DNA of 64,000 bases from Gammaproteobacteria bacterium (GCA_050485545.1 JBJHBP010000002.1:87857-151856), one strand, 5' to 3'. Positions 39,071 to 50,383 are shown, counted from the first letter of the stretch. Translations and numbers: made by a program. The notes: generated by a model from the letters alone, not told the origin.

Positions 39071-40101
39071 GGCTGGCCGAACGCAGTCTCGAGCAGGCAT
39101 TGAAGCGGGGCATGGCCCCCGCGTATCTGATCGCCGGCGATGAGCCGCTGCTGGCCAATGAAGCGGCCGATGCGGTGCGCGCCGCTGCGGCAGCGGCCGG
39201 ATTTACCGAGCGGGAAATCCATTTCGCCGAACGCGGATTCCGCTGGGGCACCCTCACGGAAAGCGCCTGCAATCTTTCGCTGTTCGCGACGCGCAGGATC
39301 GTCGAGGTGCGCATGCCCACGCCCAAACCCGGCGATGAAGGTGCGCAGGCACTGCGCACGCTGCTGGAGAATCCCGATCCGGACTGCCTGCTGCTGGTGC
39401 TGATCGGCGCGCGACTGGATGCCAGTGTGGCACGCAGCGTCTGGGTGAAGACTTTCGACAAACACGGCGTCATCGTCGACGCGTGGCCGGTGGATCGGCG
39501 CGATCTGCCCAAGTGGATCGCCACGCGTGCGCGACGCCTGAAACTGAATCTCGCGCCGGCCGCGGCAGAGCTGCTGGCTGATCGCACCGAAGGCAACCTG
39601 CTGGCCGCCGACCAGGAACTGCGCAAGCTCGCACTGACATCGGCCGATGTGCCGATCGATGAAGCGGTGGTCCTCGAAGCGGTGGCCAGCAGCGCACGCT
39701 TCGATGTGTTCCGCTTTACCGACGCCTGGCTGGCCGGTGATGCGCGGCGCACGATTCGCGTTCTGCGCGGCCTGCGCGCGGAGGGCGTCGCTCCGCCGCT
39801 GGTGATGTGGGCCCTGGTGAGGGAACTGGTGCTGGTGACACGGGTAAAGTTTGCGACCGCACAGGGCCGCAGCGCGCAGAGCGCGATGCAGCAGCTGGGT
39901 GTGTGGGAGCGGCGGCGTCCGCTGGTGGGTGCTGCGGTGCAGCGCTACAGCTACCCCGCCCTGAAGGCGCTGATTGCACGGGCGGCGGAAGTGGACCGAC
40001 AGATCAAGAGCAGCAGCAATGTGAATCCGTGGGACGCGCTGTTCGGCCTGCTGCTGGCCGCGCTGCGCACCGGCCGATCGCGCGGCGCGAGGGCCGCCTG
40101 A
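39067..40101 (+). CDS. holA: DNA polymerase III delta subunit
   Basis: PAYLIAGDEPLLANEAADAVR...LSLFATRRIVEVRM...LLAADQELRKLAL, 344 aa. GTGA overlap with the preceding gene. Followed by nadD. Confidence 0.85.
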   Translation: MRLAERSLEQALKRGMAPAYLIAGDEPLLANEAADAVRAAAAAAGFTEREIHFAERGFRWGTLTESACNLSLFATRRIVEVRMPTPKPGDEGAQALRTLLENPDPDCLLLVLIGARLDASVARSVWVKTFDKHGVIVDAWPVDRRDLPKWIATRARRLKLNLAPAAAELLADRTEGNLLAADQELRKLALTSADVPIDEAVVLEAVASSARFDVFRFTDAWLAGDARRTIRVLRGLRAEGVAPPLVMWALVRELVLVTRVKFATAQGRSAQSAMQQLGVWERRRPLVGAAVQRYSYPALKALIARAAEVDRQIKSSSNVNPWDALFGLLLAALRTGRSRGARAA

Positions 40102-40106
40102 AGCGC

Positions 40107-40838
40107 ATGCGTGAATCGCGACCACTGGGTATTTTCGGCGGCACATTCGATCCGGTTCACTACGGGCATCTGCGTTCGGCCTGGGAGCTGCTGGAGATTC
40201 TGGGGCTGGAGCAGGTGTGCTTTATTCCCGCCGGTGAGCCGCCACACCGGCCTGCGCCGCGCACGGCCGCCGCGCTGCGACTGAAAATGGTGCAGGCGGC
40301 CGTCGCGGGCGAGCCGCGCTTCACGGTCGATGACTGCGAGCTGCGACGCACCGGTCCGTCGTACTCGGTGGATACGCTGACCGCACTGCGGGCGCGCCAC
40401 GGTGAGCGCGCCATCTGCCTGCTGCTGGGTATGGATGCGTTTCTCGGATTGCCGGACTGGCATCGCGCGGAGCGTATCCTTGAGCTTGTCCACGTGGTCG
40501 TGGTGCATCGACCAGGCTGGACGCACGGCCGGGCTTCCGTACACGCATCGGTGGCATCGGAGGCATCAGTTGCGCCGGATGTGGCTGCAGCCGAGGATGC
40601 GCAGTGGCCGGCCGCGCTGGTGGCCATGGTCGCCAACCGCCAGGTGTGGTCCGCCGATGCGCTGCGCGCCGCGCCCGCCGGCTGTGTGCTGCTGCAGCCG
40701 GTCACGCAGCTGAGCATTTCGTCCAGCGGTATTCGCGAGCTGGTTGCCGCTGGACGCGACCCGCGTTATCTGGTTCCGGATTGTGTAAGGGAGATGGTGA
40801 TTGAATCCGAGTGTTACACCGAAAAAGCGCGTGAGTAA
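40107..40838 (+). CDS. nadD: Nicotinate-nucleotide adenylyltransferase
   Basis: GIFGGTFDPVHYGHL...SYSVDTL...ISSSGIRE. Confidence 0.92.
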   Translation: MRESRPLGIFGGTFDPVHYGHLRSAWELLEILGLEQVCFIPAGEPPHRPAPRTAAALRLKMVQAAVAGEPRFTVDDCELRRTGPSYSVDTLTALRARHGERAICLLLGMDAFLGLPDWHRAERILELVHVVVVHRPGWTHGRASVHASVASEASVAPDVAAAEDAQWPAALVAMVANRQVWSADALRAAPAGCVLLQPVTQLSISSSGIRELVAAGRDPRYLVPDCVREMVIESECYTEKARE

Positions 40839-41232
40839 GAAGCGCGCCGCTGCCAGACCTGCCAGCAGGGCCGCCGGCGCGGACAGTGCCGATGACGCCG
40901 TGGTCACGCGGGTGCTGGCGGCGCTGGACGATGCCAAGGCGCTGGACGTCAAACGGCTGGATGTCGCTCATCTGACCACCGTGACCGATGTAATGGTGTT
41001 CGCCAGCGGCCGCTCCGACCGGCATGTGCGTGCGATTGCCGACGCGGTGATGGAAGCTCTGAAGCTGGCCGGCCATCCCGCCATAGGCGTGGAGGGCCAG
41101 CAGAGTGGCGAGTGGGTCCTGGTCGACCTGGCCGATGTGATCGTGCACGTGATGCTGCCGCGCGTGCGGGAGTTCTACAACATCGAGAAACTCTGGGACA
41201 TTCCGTTGCGTGAGGGTGGCGATGGCAGCTGA
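40831..41232 (+). CDS. rsfS: Ribosomal silencing factor RsfS (iojap)
   Basis: LDDAKALDVKRLDV...TDVMVFASGRSDRHVRAIADAV...EWVLVDLADVIVHVMLPRVREFYNIEKLW. GTG 40831 is used; the alternative is TTG 40801. Confidence 0.88.
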   Translation: MSKKRAAARPASRAAGADSADDAVVTRVLAALDDAKALDVKRLDVAHLTTVTDVMVFASGRSDRHVRAIADAVMEALKLAGHPAIGVEGQQSGEWVLVDLADVIVHVMLPRVREFYNIEKLWDIPLREGGDGS

Positions 41233-41298
41233 GCACGGCGAGTCATCCGCTGCGCTGTCGGTCATCCTGTCCACCGCGTCGTCGGGCATGGCGGCCGC

Positions 41299-41769
41299 AT
41301 GCGCGTCACGATAGTTGCCGCCAGCAACCGTCAGCCCGACTGGGTGGAGCACGGCTACCGTGAGTATGCGCGCCGTCTGCGCAGCGCGCTGACCCTGGAT
41401 CTGAAGGTCGTGTCGCTGGCCAGGCGCGCGGCGTCCGTGCCCACGGCACGGGTCGTGGCGCTGGAGGGCGAGCGCATGCTGGCGGCGGTGCCACAGGGCG
41501 CGCACCTTGTAACGCTGGACCAGACCGGTGATGCCTGGAGCACCACTGAGCTGGCGCAGCGACTGGAGCAGTGGTTTGTGGCCGCATCGCCGGTGGTGCT
41601 GCTGATCGGCGGACCGGACGGGCTGTCGCCGGACTGCATGGCGAAAGCCCGCGAAAGCTGGGCCCTGTCGCCCTTGACCCTGCCACACGGGCTGGTGCGC
41701 ATCCTGGTCGCCGAAGCCCTCTATCGTGCCCACAGTCTGCGCAGCGGCCATCCCTACCATCGCGCCTGA
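41299..41769 (+). CDS. rlmH: 23S rRNA (pseudouridine1915-N3)-methyltransferase
   Basis: MRVTIVAASNRQPDWVEHGYREYARRL...LLIGGPDGLS...LSPLTLPHGLVRILVAEALYRA, SPOUT fold. Confidence 0.93.
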   Translation: MRVTIVAASNRQPDWVEHGYREYARRLRSALTLDLKVVSLARRAASVPTARVVALEGERMLAAVPQGAHLVTLDQTGDAWSTTELAQRLEQWFVAASPVVLLIGGPDGLSPDCMAKARESWALSPLTLPHGLVRILVAEALYRAHSLRSGHPYHRA

Positions 41770-41826
41770 AGCGCCGCCCGGCCGAGAGGCTAGGCATTGC
41801 CCCAAGACCTTCGTATAGTTTCTTGA

Positions 41827-42441
41827 ATGGGAAAGAATTTCGTATATCTCGCCTCGGCTTCGCCGCGGCGCGCCGCATTGTTGCGTCAGATCGGCATGGA
41901 GTTCGAGGTACGTCCGTCGCAGGTTCCCGAAGTCCAGCGGCCCGACGAGGTGCCTGCGGACTATGTGCTGCGCCTTGCTCGTGACAAGGCTGCCGCCGTG
42001 TGGAACGGTCTGACCCGATCGCATGCGCCCGCCGCGCCGGTGATTGCCGCCGATACCGCCGTTGTGCTGGATGGTCGGGTGCTCGGCAAGCCCGCCGACA
42101 GGGCAGCGGCATTCGATATGCTGGGTGCGCTGTCCGGTCGGGTACACACCGTGCTGACGGCGGTGGCCGTGCACTTCGACACGGTGGCCGAAGGTGCCGT
42201 CAGTCGCAGCGAAGTGACGTTCCGCAGGCTTGGCGAGGATGAGCGGATCGCGTATTGCGCGTCCGACGAACCCTACGACAAGGCCGGCGGCTATGGCATC
42301 CAGGGGCTGGCCGCTGTGTTCGTCCAGCACCTCAGCGGCAGCTACTCGTCCGTGATGGGGCTGCCGCTGTTCGAAACCGCGATGCTGCTGCGACGTTTCG
42401 GCCTGCCCGCCTGGCTCGAAGGCGCGGAGGCCAGTCGTTGA
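41827..42441 (+). CDS. maf: Maf-like nucleoside-triphosphate pyrophosphatase
   Basis: VYLASASPRRAALLRQIG...DKAGGYGIQG. Confidence 0.9.
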   Translation: MGKNFVYLASASPRRAALLRQIGMEFEVRPSQVPEVQRPDEVPADYVLRLARDKAAAVWNGLTRSHAPAAPVIAADTAVVLDGRVLGKPADRAAAFDMLGALSGRVHTVLTAVAVHFDTVAEGAVSRSEVTFRRLGEDERIAYCASDEPYDKAGGYGIQGLAAVFVQHLSGSYSSVMGLPLFETAMLLRRFGLPAWLEGAEASR

Positions 42442-43913
42442 AGGCGGAAATCCTCGTCAACGTGACACCGCGTGAAACCCGCGCCGCCGTCGTTGAGAAC
42501 GGCATGCTGCAGGAGGTGCTGATCGAGCGAGCCAGTCGTCGCGGGCTGATCAGCAATATCTACAAGGGCAGCGTATCGCGCGTGCTGCCGGGTATTCAGG
42601 CGGCATTCGTGGATCTGGGTCTGGAGCGGACCGCCTTCCTGCACTATTCCGATATCGCCCGCGGAACGCATCACCATGGCGGGCAGGATGGCTCGGGCAG
42701 TCAGGATGGCGACATCCGCGACCTGTTGCGCGAGGGCATGGATGTCCTCGTACAGGTGTCGAAAGACCCGCTCGGCAGCAAGGGCGCACGCCTGACCACC
42801 AACATCTCCATTCCTTCCCGCTATCTGGTGCTGCTGCCCGGGGGGGGCGGAACCGGCGTTTCCGCGCGCATCGAGAGCGAGGCCGAGCGGCTGCGGCTTC
42901 GCGAAGTGATGGACTGCGTCGCGGATCCCGCCAGCGGCTATGGCTACATTGTGCGCACGGCAGCCGAGGGCGCGTCACTGGATGCGCTGCGTGCGGACAT
43001 GCTGTTCCTCGATCGGCTCTGGAAGGCGATCCTGCAGACCGCGGCTGACAGTCGGTCCGGACAGCTGGTCCACGAGGATCTGTCGTTGCCGTTGCGGGTG
43101 CTCAGGGATCTGGCCGGCGTCGACGTGGAACGGATACGTGTGGACAGTGCGACGACGTTCGCACGCATGCAGGAGTTCGCCGGCCGCTTCATGCCGCAGA
43201 TGCTCGCGCGGATCAGTCTGTACGAGGAGAATCACCCGATCTTCGACCTCTACGGGGTGGAGGACGAGATCGATCGGGCGCTGCAGCGCAAGGTGCCACT
43301 GAAATCCGGCGGTCACGTGGTGTTTGACCAGACGGAGGCGATGACCACCATCGACGTCAATACCGGCGGTTATGTGGGCCACAGAAACCTCGAGGAAACG
43401 GTGTATCGCACCAATCTGGAGGCGGCGGTGGCGATTGCGCGGCAGCTCAGGCTGCGCAATCTCGGCGGTATAATCATCATCGATTTCATTGACATGGCCG
43501 ATGAAGAGCATCGATTGCAGGTGCAGCAGGCGCTGTCGGCGCGGCTTGCACTGGACCACGCCCGCACCCAGATCATGAATGTGTCGCCGCTGGGGCTGGT
43601 GGAGATGACGCGCAAGCGCAACCGGGAAAGCCTGGAACACGTGCTGTGTCAGGCCTGTCCTACATGCAACAGTCGGGGGTTCGTAAAGACTCCCGAGACG
43701 ATATGCTATGAGATTTTCCGCGAGATACTGCGCCAGCACCGCCAGTTCGATTTCCAGGAACTGCTGGTGCTGGCGAGACCGGAAGTGATCGAGCGTCTGC
43801 TGGACGAGGAGTCCACCGGGATGGCCGAGCTGGAGGAATTCACCCGCAAGCCGATCAGGCTGCAGAGTGAAGCCGCTTATGTGCCCGACCAGTTCGATGT
43901 CGTCCTGATGTAG
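42438..43913 (+). CDS. rng: Ribonuclease G
   Basis: S1 domain (NIYKGSVSRVLPGIQAAFVDLGLERTAFLH) and catalytic region (TTIDVNTG...IIIIDFIDM). The TTG start overlaps the maf stop. Confidence 0.93.
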   Translation: MKAEILVNVTPRETRAAVVENGMLQEVLIERASRRGLISNIYKGSVSRVLPGIQAAFVDLGLERTAFLHYSDIARGTHHHGGQDGSGSQDGDIRDLLREGMDVLVQVSKDPLGSKGARLTTNISIPSRYLVLLPGGGGTGVSARIESEAERLRLREVMDCVADPASGYGYIVRTAAEGASLDALRADMLFLDRLWKAILQTAADSRSGQLVHEDLSLPLRVLRDLAGVDVERIRVDSATTFARMQEFAGRFMPQMLARISLYEENHPIFDLYGVEDEIDRALQRKVPLKSGGHVVFDQTEAMTTIDVNTGGYVGHRNLEETVYRTNLEAAVAIARQLRLRNLGGIIIIDFIDMADEEHRLQVQQALSARLALDHARTQIMNVSPLGLVEMTRKRNRESLEHVLCQACPTCNSRGFVKTPETICYEIFREILRQHRQFDFQELLVLARPEVIERLLDEESTGMAELEEFTRKPIRLQSEAAYVPDQFDVVLM

Positions 43914-44006
43914 CTGTGGGACCGGGAGCCCTACGACAGTCATTCGCAGCCACAGCGTGGCGGGAGCAATCCGCCAGACCCGTTAACCGAACCTGAAGAC
44001 CATGCA

Positions 44007-47000
44007 TTGAACGCGACACGCAGAAAACGCACCTGGCTCGGCGAACTGACGCGCCGCGTGCTTGCCGTTGCCGCGGCACTGGTGATCGTGCTGGCGCTTG
44101 CCATCGGCGGATTTCGCCTGCTCATTGCGCAGCTGCCCGGCTATCAGGCGCAGTTGCAGGCGTGGGTGACGGAGACGCTGGGCCTGGACGTGGACTTTGC
44201 ACGCGTCGATGTGCGCCTGGGGTTGCGCGGCCCGGAACTCACTTTCCATGACGCCAGCATCGGCGGTGCCGGTCAGGGCGACCCTTTCCTCAGCGCACGT
44301 CAGGCACGGGTTCGCATCGATGCCAGGGCGCTGCTGACCGAGCATCGCGTGCGCTTCAGCCAGCTGGTTTTCGACGGCACCCGGCTGGTGCTGGTACGCG
44401 ATGTCGACGGTGAACTCAGTCTGCAGGGTGCGCCGCTGCCTGGCCGCGCGGGCGGCGCCTGGGATCTGGAACTGCCGGCCGAACTGGAGGTTGCGGTGCA
44501 TGACAGCACCGTCGTCTATCTGGACCGCGAGCGCGCCATTACCTGGGAGTTTCACGACCTCAGCGGTTCGCTGACGCACGCCAACGATGTGCTGACGCTG
44601 ACTGCGCAGGCCGCACCGCCCGCGCAGCTCGCAGGATGGTTCGAGTTCTCGTTGCAGGCACAGGCGCCGTCGATGCGTGTCGACGGGCCGGTCATGCTGC
44701 AGTCGCAGGTGCGAGGCCTCAGTCTCGCCGAGCTCGCACGCGCACTGCCGGATCTGGCGGACCTGCCGCAACAGGGCAACGGCGACGTTGCTGTGGAAGT
44801 TCACTGGCACGGCAGCGGATTCGATCAGGTGAATGCAACCATTGCCCTTGTCGATGTGCAATTGGCCGATGTGCAGTCGCTCGAGCGCAGTGATGCGGAC
44901 GCATCACCGCGTTATGAGCAGATCAGGTTCGCCGCCCGCTGGCGCAGCACGGCGGCGGGCTGGCAGATCGCGGTGGATGACGTGGCGCTGGTCCGCAGCG
45001 GTCGCGCGTGGCCGCGCGATGCGCGAACCGAGCTGGCGGTCAGTGGCCACGAAGGCAGTCTGGATGATATTCGACTGACCGCCACGTTCGCGCGCATCGA
45101 CGACCTGCTGCCAATGCTGCCGCAGCGATTCGCCCCGGAGGTCCTGCGCGACTGGATCACCGCCGCACCGCGGGGCGATCTGCGCGACCTCGATGTGTCA
45201 TGGACCAATGTCGGCGGTGACTCCTCGGACTATCGGATTTCGGCGCGCTTCGAACGGCTGGACATCCCGGGATTCGCGCAGTGGCCGGAGGTGCGCCAGC
45301 TCTCCGGTGAATTGCGTGCGGACGCGCGCAGCGGCCGCCTGCAGCTGGACAGCCGCAATGTGGTCGTGGACTGGCCTACGCTGTTCCGCCAGCCGCTGGC
45401 CATCGACACCGTCAGCGGCCTGCTGGTCTGGCGCGAAGGGCGCGACGGTGTAAGGGTGGTCAGCGACAATCTGGAACTCGTCAATGCCCACGCGAATACG
45501 CTGTCCAATCTTGAACTGACATGGCCTCTGGACGGTTCCTCGCCGATTCTGGAACTCGTCACCACGCTCACCGATTCCACGGTTCCGGCCGTCAGGCACT
45601 ATCTGCCCGAAGCAATCATGGCGCCGGGACTGGTCACATGGCTGGACCATGCTCTGGTGGACGGCCGCGTCGTGGCCGCCGACATCACCTTTTTCGGTCC
45701 GTTGCAAGCGTTTCCGTTCGACGATGACGAAGGGCGGTTTCATGCCGTCGCACAGATCGAGGATGGCGTTCTCGCCTATCTGGAAGACTGGCCGGTTGCC
45801 GAGGGTCTTGACGGTACGGTCGAGTTCGTCAACGCGTCGTTCGATGCCCGCGGCCGCGGGCAGGTGCTCGGTCACGCCGGCGACGAAATCCGGGTGCGGA
45901 TCCCGGACATGCGCAGGGCGGTGATCGACGTCGACGCGACCGCCGACGGTCCCCTGCCGGATGTACTGCGCTTTCTGCGCAGCGCACCGCTGATCGCCCG
46001 CCAGCTGGGGCCGGAGTTCGATCGTGTGGTGGTGCTGGACGGCGACAGCCGCGTGGCATTGCAGCTGTCACTGCCGCTCGCTGATCCCTCCAGCTACGAG
46101 CTGCAGGGGTCCGTCGCCATGCTGGGCGGCGATCTCGCAATCAGTGGTGTCGCGGCACACGCCACCGACATCGAAGGCGTGCTGGCATTCAGTAACGACG
46201 CGGTGTTCGGCGATGGCATCAGCGCAATGCTGCTGGACGGTCCGGTGACCGCCAGGGTCGAGTCGGTGTCGCTGCCCGGTTATCGGGCGCGCGTCTCTGT
46301 TGAAGGTGACGTGGACGTGGCGAACGTGCTGAGTCAGTTCGAACTGCCGGGAGAGGGTTTCATCGCCGGCCGCGCACACTGGCAGGGCAGCCTGTTGTTG
46401 CCAGTGCATGCCGGCAACGGTGGTGCGCCGGTGCGGGCGTCGGTGAGTTCGAATCTGTCCGGAGTCGGTTTGCAGCTGCCAGCGCCGTTCGCGAAAGGTC
46501 CGGCGGACGCAGCGGGGATACGTCTGGATATCGTGTTCCCGGACCAGGATCGTATGGAGTTGCGCGGCGACTTCGGCTTCAACCGGCGTTTCGCGCTGGC
46601 CTGGCGCGATGACGGTGACGGCCTGGCGCTGGATCGCGGTACGTTGCGGTTCGGCGGCGCCTGGCCTGAGCTCCCGCAGCGGTCGGGGTTCGTACTTGAT
46701 GGTCAGCTTGGTGAAGTGCGGCTGGATGACTGGCTCGCGCTCGCGCGTGACGAGGGGCTGTCCGTGGCGCACGGCGAACAGCTGCTGGGGATGAATCTGG
46801 ATTTCGTTGAGCTGCATGCATTCGGTCAGTCTCTCGGCTCAGCGACGGTGAGTCTGGCGCGACGCGATGATGCCTGGCAGCTGGACATCGACAGCGATCC
46901 GGTTGCAGGACAGGTGACGCTGACGCGTACGGCGGATGCACGGGCAGATGTGCACGCCGACATGCAGCGCCTGCATCTGAATGTGGACGGTGGTGCCGAT

Positions 47001-47909
47001 CTGATCGGCACCGATCCGCGCACGCTGCCGGGTCTGTCGCTGACCGCCGGGGAGTTCATGCTGGGAGCACGGCACTTTGGTCGCGTGGAAGTGGAAGTCG
47101 TGTCCGAGCCTCTGGGGCTGCGCATGACACGCTTTCGCGGTGACGCGCGCAGTTTCGCCGTGGATGGCAGCGGCAGCTGGTTTCTCGGTTCACAGGGCGC
47201 CGGAACGCAGCTCTCGTTCGCATTGCACTCGTCTGATGTGGCGGCGTCACTGGATGAGCTCGGCTTCGAGCGATTCGCCGAAGGCCAGTCCGGTGACGTC
47301 AGCGCGAGCATCTACTGGCCGGGACCGCCTTCCGGCGACTGGGCGCGACATGTGAACGGTGAACTGTCGATAAGCGTCAACACCGGTAGCCTGGTCGACG
47401 TGCAGCCCGGTGCCGGACGGCTGGTCGGACTGATGAGCATCACTGCGTTACCGCGCCGACTGGCACTGGATTTTCGCGATGTATTCCAGCGGGGTCTGGT
47501 ATTTGATCAGATCAGCGGCGATTTTCAGATCGATGACGGCAATGCCTACACCAGCAACCTGACACTGACCGGACCTGCGGTGGAGATTGGCGTTGCCGGG
47601 CGCACCGGGCTGCGCGATCACGACTATCAGCAAACCGCCACTGTCACCGCTGAACCGGGCAAGGTCCTGCCGACGGTTGGCGGTCTGATCGGCGGCCCCG
47701 GTGTCGGTGCCGCGCTGTTGCTGTTTACGCATATATTTCGGGAACCATTGAAGGGTATCGGCAGGGTGAACTACTGCGTGACCGGCAGCTGGGAAGATCC
47801 GCAGGTGGAGCGTCTGCCTGCTGCTCAGTCGGCTCAGACCACCGCATGCGTGGCGCCGGTGCCGGAAGTGCGGCTTTCCAGTGCCGCCGCAGAGACAGGG
47901 ATGCAATGA
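44007..47909 (+). CDS. yhdP: YhdP-family (AsmA-like) large envelope protein
   Basis: 1300 aa with an N-terminal TM anchor (VLAVAAALVIVLALAIGGF) and a conserved C-terminal block (ALPRRLALDFRDVFQRGLVFDQISGDF...NYCVTGSWEDPQV). Canonical position after rng. Confidence 0.85.
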   Translation: MNATRRKRTWLGELTRRVLAVAAALVIVLALAIGGFRLLIAQLPGYQAQLQAWVTETLGLDVDFARVDVRLGLRGPELTFHDASIGGAGQGDPFLSARQARVRIDARALLTEHRVRFSQLVFDGTRLVLVRDVDGELSLQGAPLPGRAGGAWDLELPAELEVAVHDSTVVYLDRERAITWEFHDLSGSLTHANDVLTLTAQAAPPAQLAGWFEFSLQAQAPSMRVDGPVMLQSQVRGLSLAELARALPDLADLPQQGNGDVAVEVHWHGSGFDQVNATIALVDVQLADVQSLERSDADASPRYEQIRFAARWRSTAAGWQIAVDDVALVRSGRAWPRDARTELAVSGHEGSLDDIRLTATFARIDDLLPMLPQRFAPEVLRDWITAAPRGDLRDLDVSWTNVGGDSSDYRISARFERLDIPGFAQWPEVRQLSGELRADARSGRLQLDSRNVVVDWPTLFRQPLAIDTVSGLLVWREGRDGVRVVSDNLELVNAHANTLSNLELTWPLDGSSPILELVTTLTDSTVPAVRHYLPEAIMAPGLVTWLDHALVDGRVVAADITFFGPLQAFPFDDDEGRFHAVAQIEDGVLAYLEDWPVAEGLDGTVEFVNASFDARGRGQVLGHAGDEIRVRIPDMRRAVIDVDATADGPLPDVLRFLRSAPLIARQLGPEFDRVVVLDGDSRVALQLSLPLADPSSYELQGSVAMLGGDLAISGVAAHATDIEGVLAFSNDAVFGDGISAMLLDGPVTARVESVSLPGYRARVSVEGDVDVANVLSQFELPGEGFIAGRAHWQGSLLLPVHAGNGGAPVRASVSSNLSGVGLQLPAPFAKGPADAAGIRLDIVFPDQDRMELRGDFGFNRRFALAWRDDGDGLALDRGTLRFGGAWPELPQRSGFVLDGQLGEVRLDDWLALARDEGLSVAHGEQLLGMNLDFVELHAFGQSLGSATVSLARRDDAWQLDIDSDPVAGQVTLTRTADARADVHADMQRLHLNVDGGADLIGTDPRTLPGLSLTAGEFMLGARHFGRVEVEVVSEPLGLRMTRFRGDARSFAVDGSGSWFLGSQGAGTQLSFALHSSDVAASLDELGFERFAEGQSGDVSASIYWPGPPSGDWARHVNGELSISVNTGSLVDVQPGAGRLVGLMSITALPRRLALDFRDVFQRGLVFDQISGDFQIDDGNAYTSNLTLTGPAVEIGVAGRTGLRDHDYQQTATVTAEPGKVLPTVGGLIGGPGVGAALLLFTHIFREPLKGIGRVNYCVTGSWEDPQVERLPAAQSAQTTACVAPVPEVRLSSAAAETGMQ

Positions 47910-48727
47910 AAGCAGCAGCAATTCAGATGACGAGTGGCCGCGATGTGGCCCGCAATCTTACCGACGCAGGACGCCTGATCGCATCGGCGGCCGAACAGGG
48001 TGCCGAGCTGGTCGTGTTGCCGGAGAACTTTTCCTTCATGGGCGCGGAGGATGCCGATCGTCTGGCGGTCGCCGAGGAACCGGGTAATGGCAAGGCGCAG
48101 CAGTTTCTTGCCGAGCAGTCCGCACGCCGCAATGTCTGGCTTGTCGGTGGCACGATCCCCGTTCGAGTCGAGAATGACCGGGCCGCGTCGCGATCCATGC
48201 TGTTCAGTCCACGCGGCGAATGCGTTGCGAGATACGACAAGATCCATCTGTTCGATGTCGAGATTCCCGACGATGAAACCGACAATGGCGCAGAGTCGTA
48301 TCGGGAGTCCGCTACCACGGTCCCGGGTTCCGAGGTGGTGGTTGCCGAGTCGGCATTCGGAAGAATCGGTTTGTCGGTGTGCTACGACCTGCGGTTCCCT
48401 GCGCTGTTTCACCGCCTTGGCATGATGGGAATGGATATACTCAGCATGCCGTCCGCTTTCACGGTTCCCACCGGCCAGGTGCACTGGCAGCCACTGCTTC
48501 AGGCCAGGGCAATCGAGTCACTGTGCTACGTGGTCGCCGCCGGCCAGTGGGGCGAACACGCCGGCGGCCGCAGAACCTGGGGCCATTCGACGATCATCAG
48601 CCCATGGGGTGAAGTGATGTCCATGCTCCAGGCCGGCGCCGGTGTCGTGCTCGCGGAGCTGGATATGATCCGGCTCGCCCGCATCCGTCATTCCTTCCCG
48701 GCACTCCGCCATCGCCGCGACCTGTAG
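47906..48727 (+). CDS. Carbon-nitrogen hydrolase (Nit/nitrilase superfamily)
   Basis: LVVLPENF (Glu), KIHLFD (Lys) and [11 protein letters not shown] (Cys) form the catalytic triad. ATGA overlap with yhdP. Confidence 0.88.
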   Translation: MKAAAIQMTSGRDVARNLTDAGRLIASAAEQGAELVVLPENFSFMGAEDADRLAVAEEPGNGKAQQFLAEQSARRNVWLVGGTIPVRVENDRAASRSMLFSPRGECVARYDKIHLFDVEIPDDETDNGAESYRESATTVPGSEVVVAESAFGRIGLSVCYDLRFPALFHRLGMMGMDILSMPSAFTVPTGQVHWQPLLQARAIESLCYVVAAGQWGEHAGGRRTWGHSTIISPWGEVMSMLQAGAGVVLAELDMIRLARIRHSFPALRHRRDL

Positions 48728-48735
48728 GGGCTTCC

Positions 48736-50238
48736 ATGCCAATGAGCACACGGACATCCACCATGACCATCGACACGAACCTGCCCGCAACCGCGGCCGA
48801 GGCACTGTCGCTGGCCGAGCAGCAGGTGCTGGCACCGGCTGAGCTGGACCTGCACGCGCTCGACAAGGCGCTGGGCGCATTGATGTCGCGCCAGCTCGAC
48901 TATGCCGATCTGTATCTGCAGATGACGCGCTATGAAGCGTGGACAGTGGACGACGGCATCGTGCGCGATGGCGTGCACAGCGTGGATCAGGGTGTGGGTG
49001 TGCGTGCCGTCAGTGGTGAGCGCACCGGATTCGCGTATTCCGATCAGCTGGATGTCTCATCGCTGATGGAAGCGGTGGGTGCGGCACGTACGATCGCGCG
49101 CACCCGGGGCGACGGCAGCTATCAGGTGGCGCGCCGCGATGGCGGCCGATCGCTGTATCCGGCGATGGATCCGCTGGGCAGTCTGAGTGACAGCGAGAAG
49201 GTGGAACTGCTGGCCGACCTGGACCGTCGCGCCAGGGCGCTGGATGAACGGGTGGTGCAGGTTACGGGCAGCCTCGCCGGCGTCTATGAGGTGATTCTGG
49301 TGCGCGGATCCGACGGCACGCTGGCTGCCGATGTGCGTCCGCTGGTGCGACTCAACCTGTCCGTGATCATGGAGCGCAATGGCCGACGCGAGCAGGGTTT
49401 CGCCGGCGGCGGTGGCCGTACGGATTTCACGATGTTCACGTCGGCCGACTATCGGGCGGCAATGGCGGCCGAAGCGGTGCGTCAGGCGACGGTGAATATG
49501 GAGGCGATCGCGGCGCCGGCTGGTGTGCTGCCGGTGGTGCTGGGCGCCGGCTGGCCGGGCGTGCTGCTCCACGAAGCGATCGGCCACGGTCTGGAAGGCG
49601 ACTTCAACCGCAAGGGGACTTCGGCGTTCGCCGGTCGCATCGGCGATCGTGTGGCAACCCCGCTGTGCACCGTGGTGGACGACGGTACGCTGCCAGGCCG
49701 TCGCGGTTCACTGAACATCGACGACGAGGGGACGCCGTCGCGCTGCAATACGCTGATCGAGAATGGCGTACTGCGCAGCTACATGCAGGACAAGCTCAAT
49801 GCGCGGCTGATGCGTGTACCGCCCACCGGCAATGCGCGCCGCGAATCCTATGCGCATATGCCGATGCCGCGCATGACCAATACCTACATGCTGCCCGGTC
49901 CCCATGATCCGGAGGAAATCATCGCGTCGGTGTCGCGCGGCATCTACGCACCGAACTTCGGCGGTGGCCAGGTCGACATCACTTCGGGCAAGTTCGTGTT
50001 CTCGGCCAGCGAGGCGTATCTGATCGAGAACGGCCGCAAGGGCGCACCAATCAAGGGCGCAATGCTGATCGGCAATGGGCCGCAGGTGCTGACCATGGTG
50101 TCGATGGTTGGCAACGATCTGGAGCTGGACCCGGGCATCGGCGTGTGCGGCAAGGAGGGGCAGTCCGTCCCCGTGGGCGTCGGTCAGCCGACGCTGAAGG
50201 TGGATTCACTGACGGTGGGCGGCACACAGACCTCCTGA
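48736..50238 (+). CDS. tldD: Metalloprotease TldD
   Basis: [38 protein letters not shown] and [14 protein letters not shown]. Confidence 0.95.
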   Translation: MPMSTRTSTMTIDTNLPATAAEALSLAEQQVLAPAELDLHALDKALGALMSRQLDYADLYLQMTRYEAWTVDDGIVRDGVHSVDQGVGVRAVSGERTGFAYSDQLDVSSLMEAVGAARTIARTRGDGSYQVARRDGGRSLYPAMDPLGSLSDSEKVELLADLDRRARALDERVVQVTGSLAGVYEVILVRGSDGTLAADVRPLVRLNLSVIMERNGRREQGFAGGGGRTDFTMFTSADYRAAMAAEAVRQATVNMEAIAAPAGVLPVVLGAGWPGVLLHEAIGHGLEGDFNRKGTSAFAGRIGDRVATPLCTVVDDGTLPGRRGSLNIDDEGTPSRCNTLIENGVLRSYMQDKLNARLMRVPPTGNARRESYAHMPMPRMTNTYMLPGPHDPEEIIASVSRGIYAPNFGGGQVDITSGKFVFSASEAYLIENGRKGAPIKGAMLIGNGPQVLTMVSMVGNDLELDPGIGVCGKEGQSVPVGVGQPTLKVDSLTVGGTQTS

Positions 50239-50260
50239 GCCGCGTACCCGCAAGCCAGCT

Positions 50261-50288
50261 GCCCGTGCCGGCTGTCCGTGGCACGGGC
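50261..50288 (+). terminator. GC-rich hairpin downstream of tldD (9-bp stem, 10-nt loop, no U-tract)
   Basis: GCCCGTGCC-ggctgtccgt-GGCACGGGC, 23 nt after the tldD stop. Confidence 0.35.
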
Positions 50289-50383
50289 CTGTGATGTGGT
50301 TCACTGCAATGATCGTGCCGTGAGTCTACATTCCACAGACATCCACTGATCACGGCAGGCATGCGATGCGATATGACGACACG

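Noticed and set aside
40702-42330. 542-aa minus-strand ORF spanning rsfS, rlmH and maf
   Set aside because: It is an antisense shadow ORF across three well-supported plus-strand genes, with no recognisable motifs. The same reasoning applies to 37072-38550(-) opposite cysS, 13551-15056(-) opposite lnt, 2130-3377(+) opposite the BNR gene, 42975-43943(-) opposite rng and 55621-56805(+) opposite yihY.
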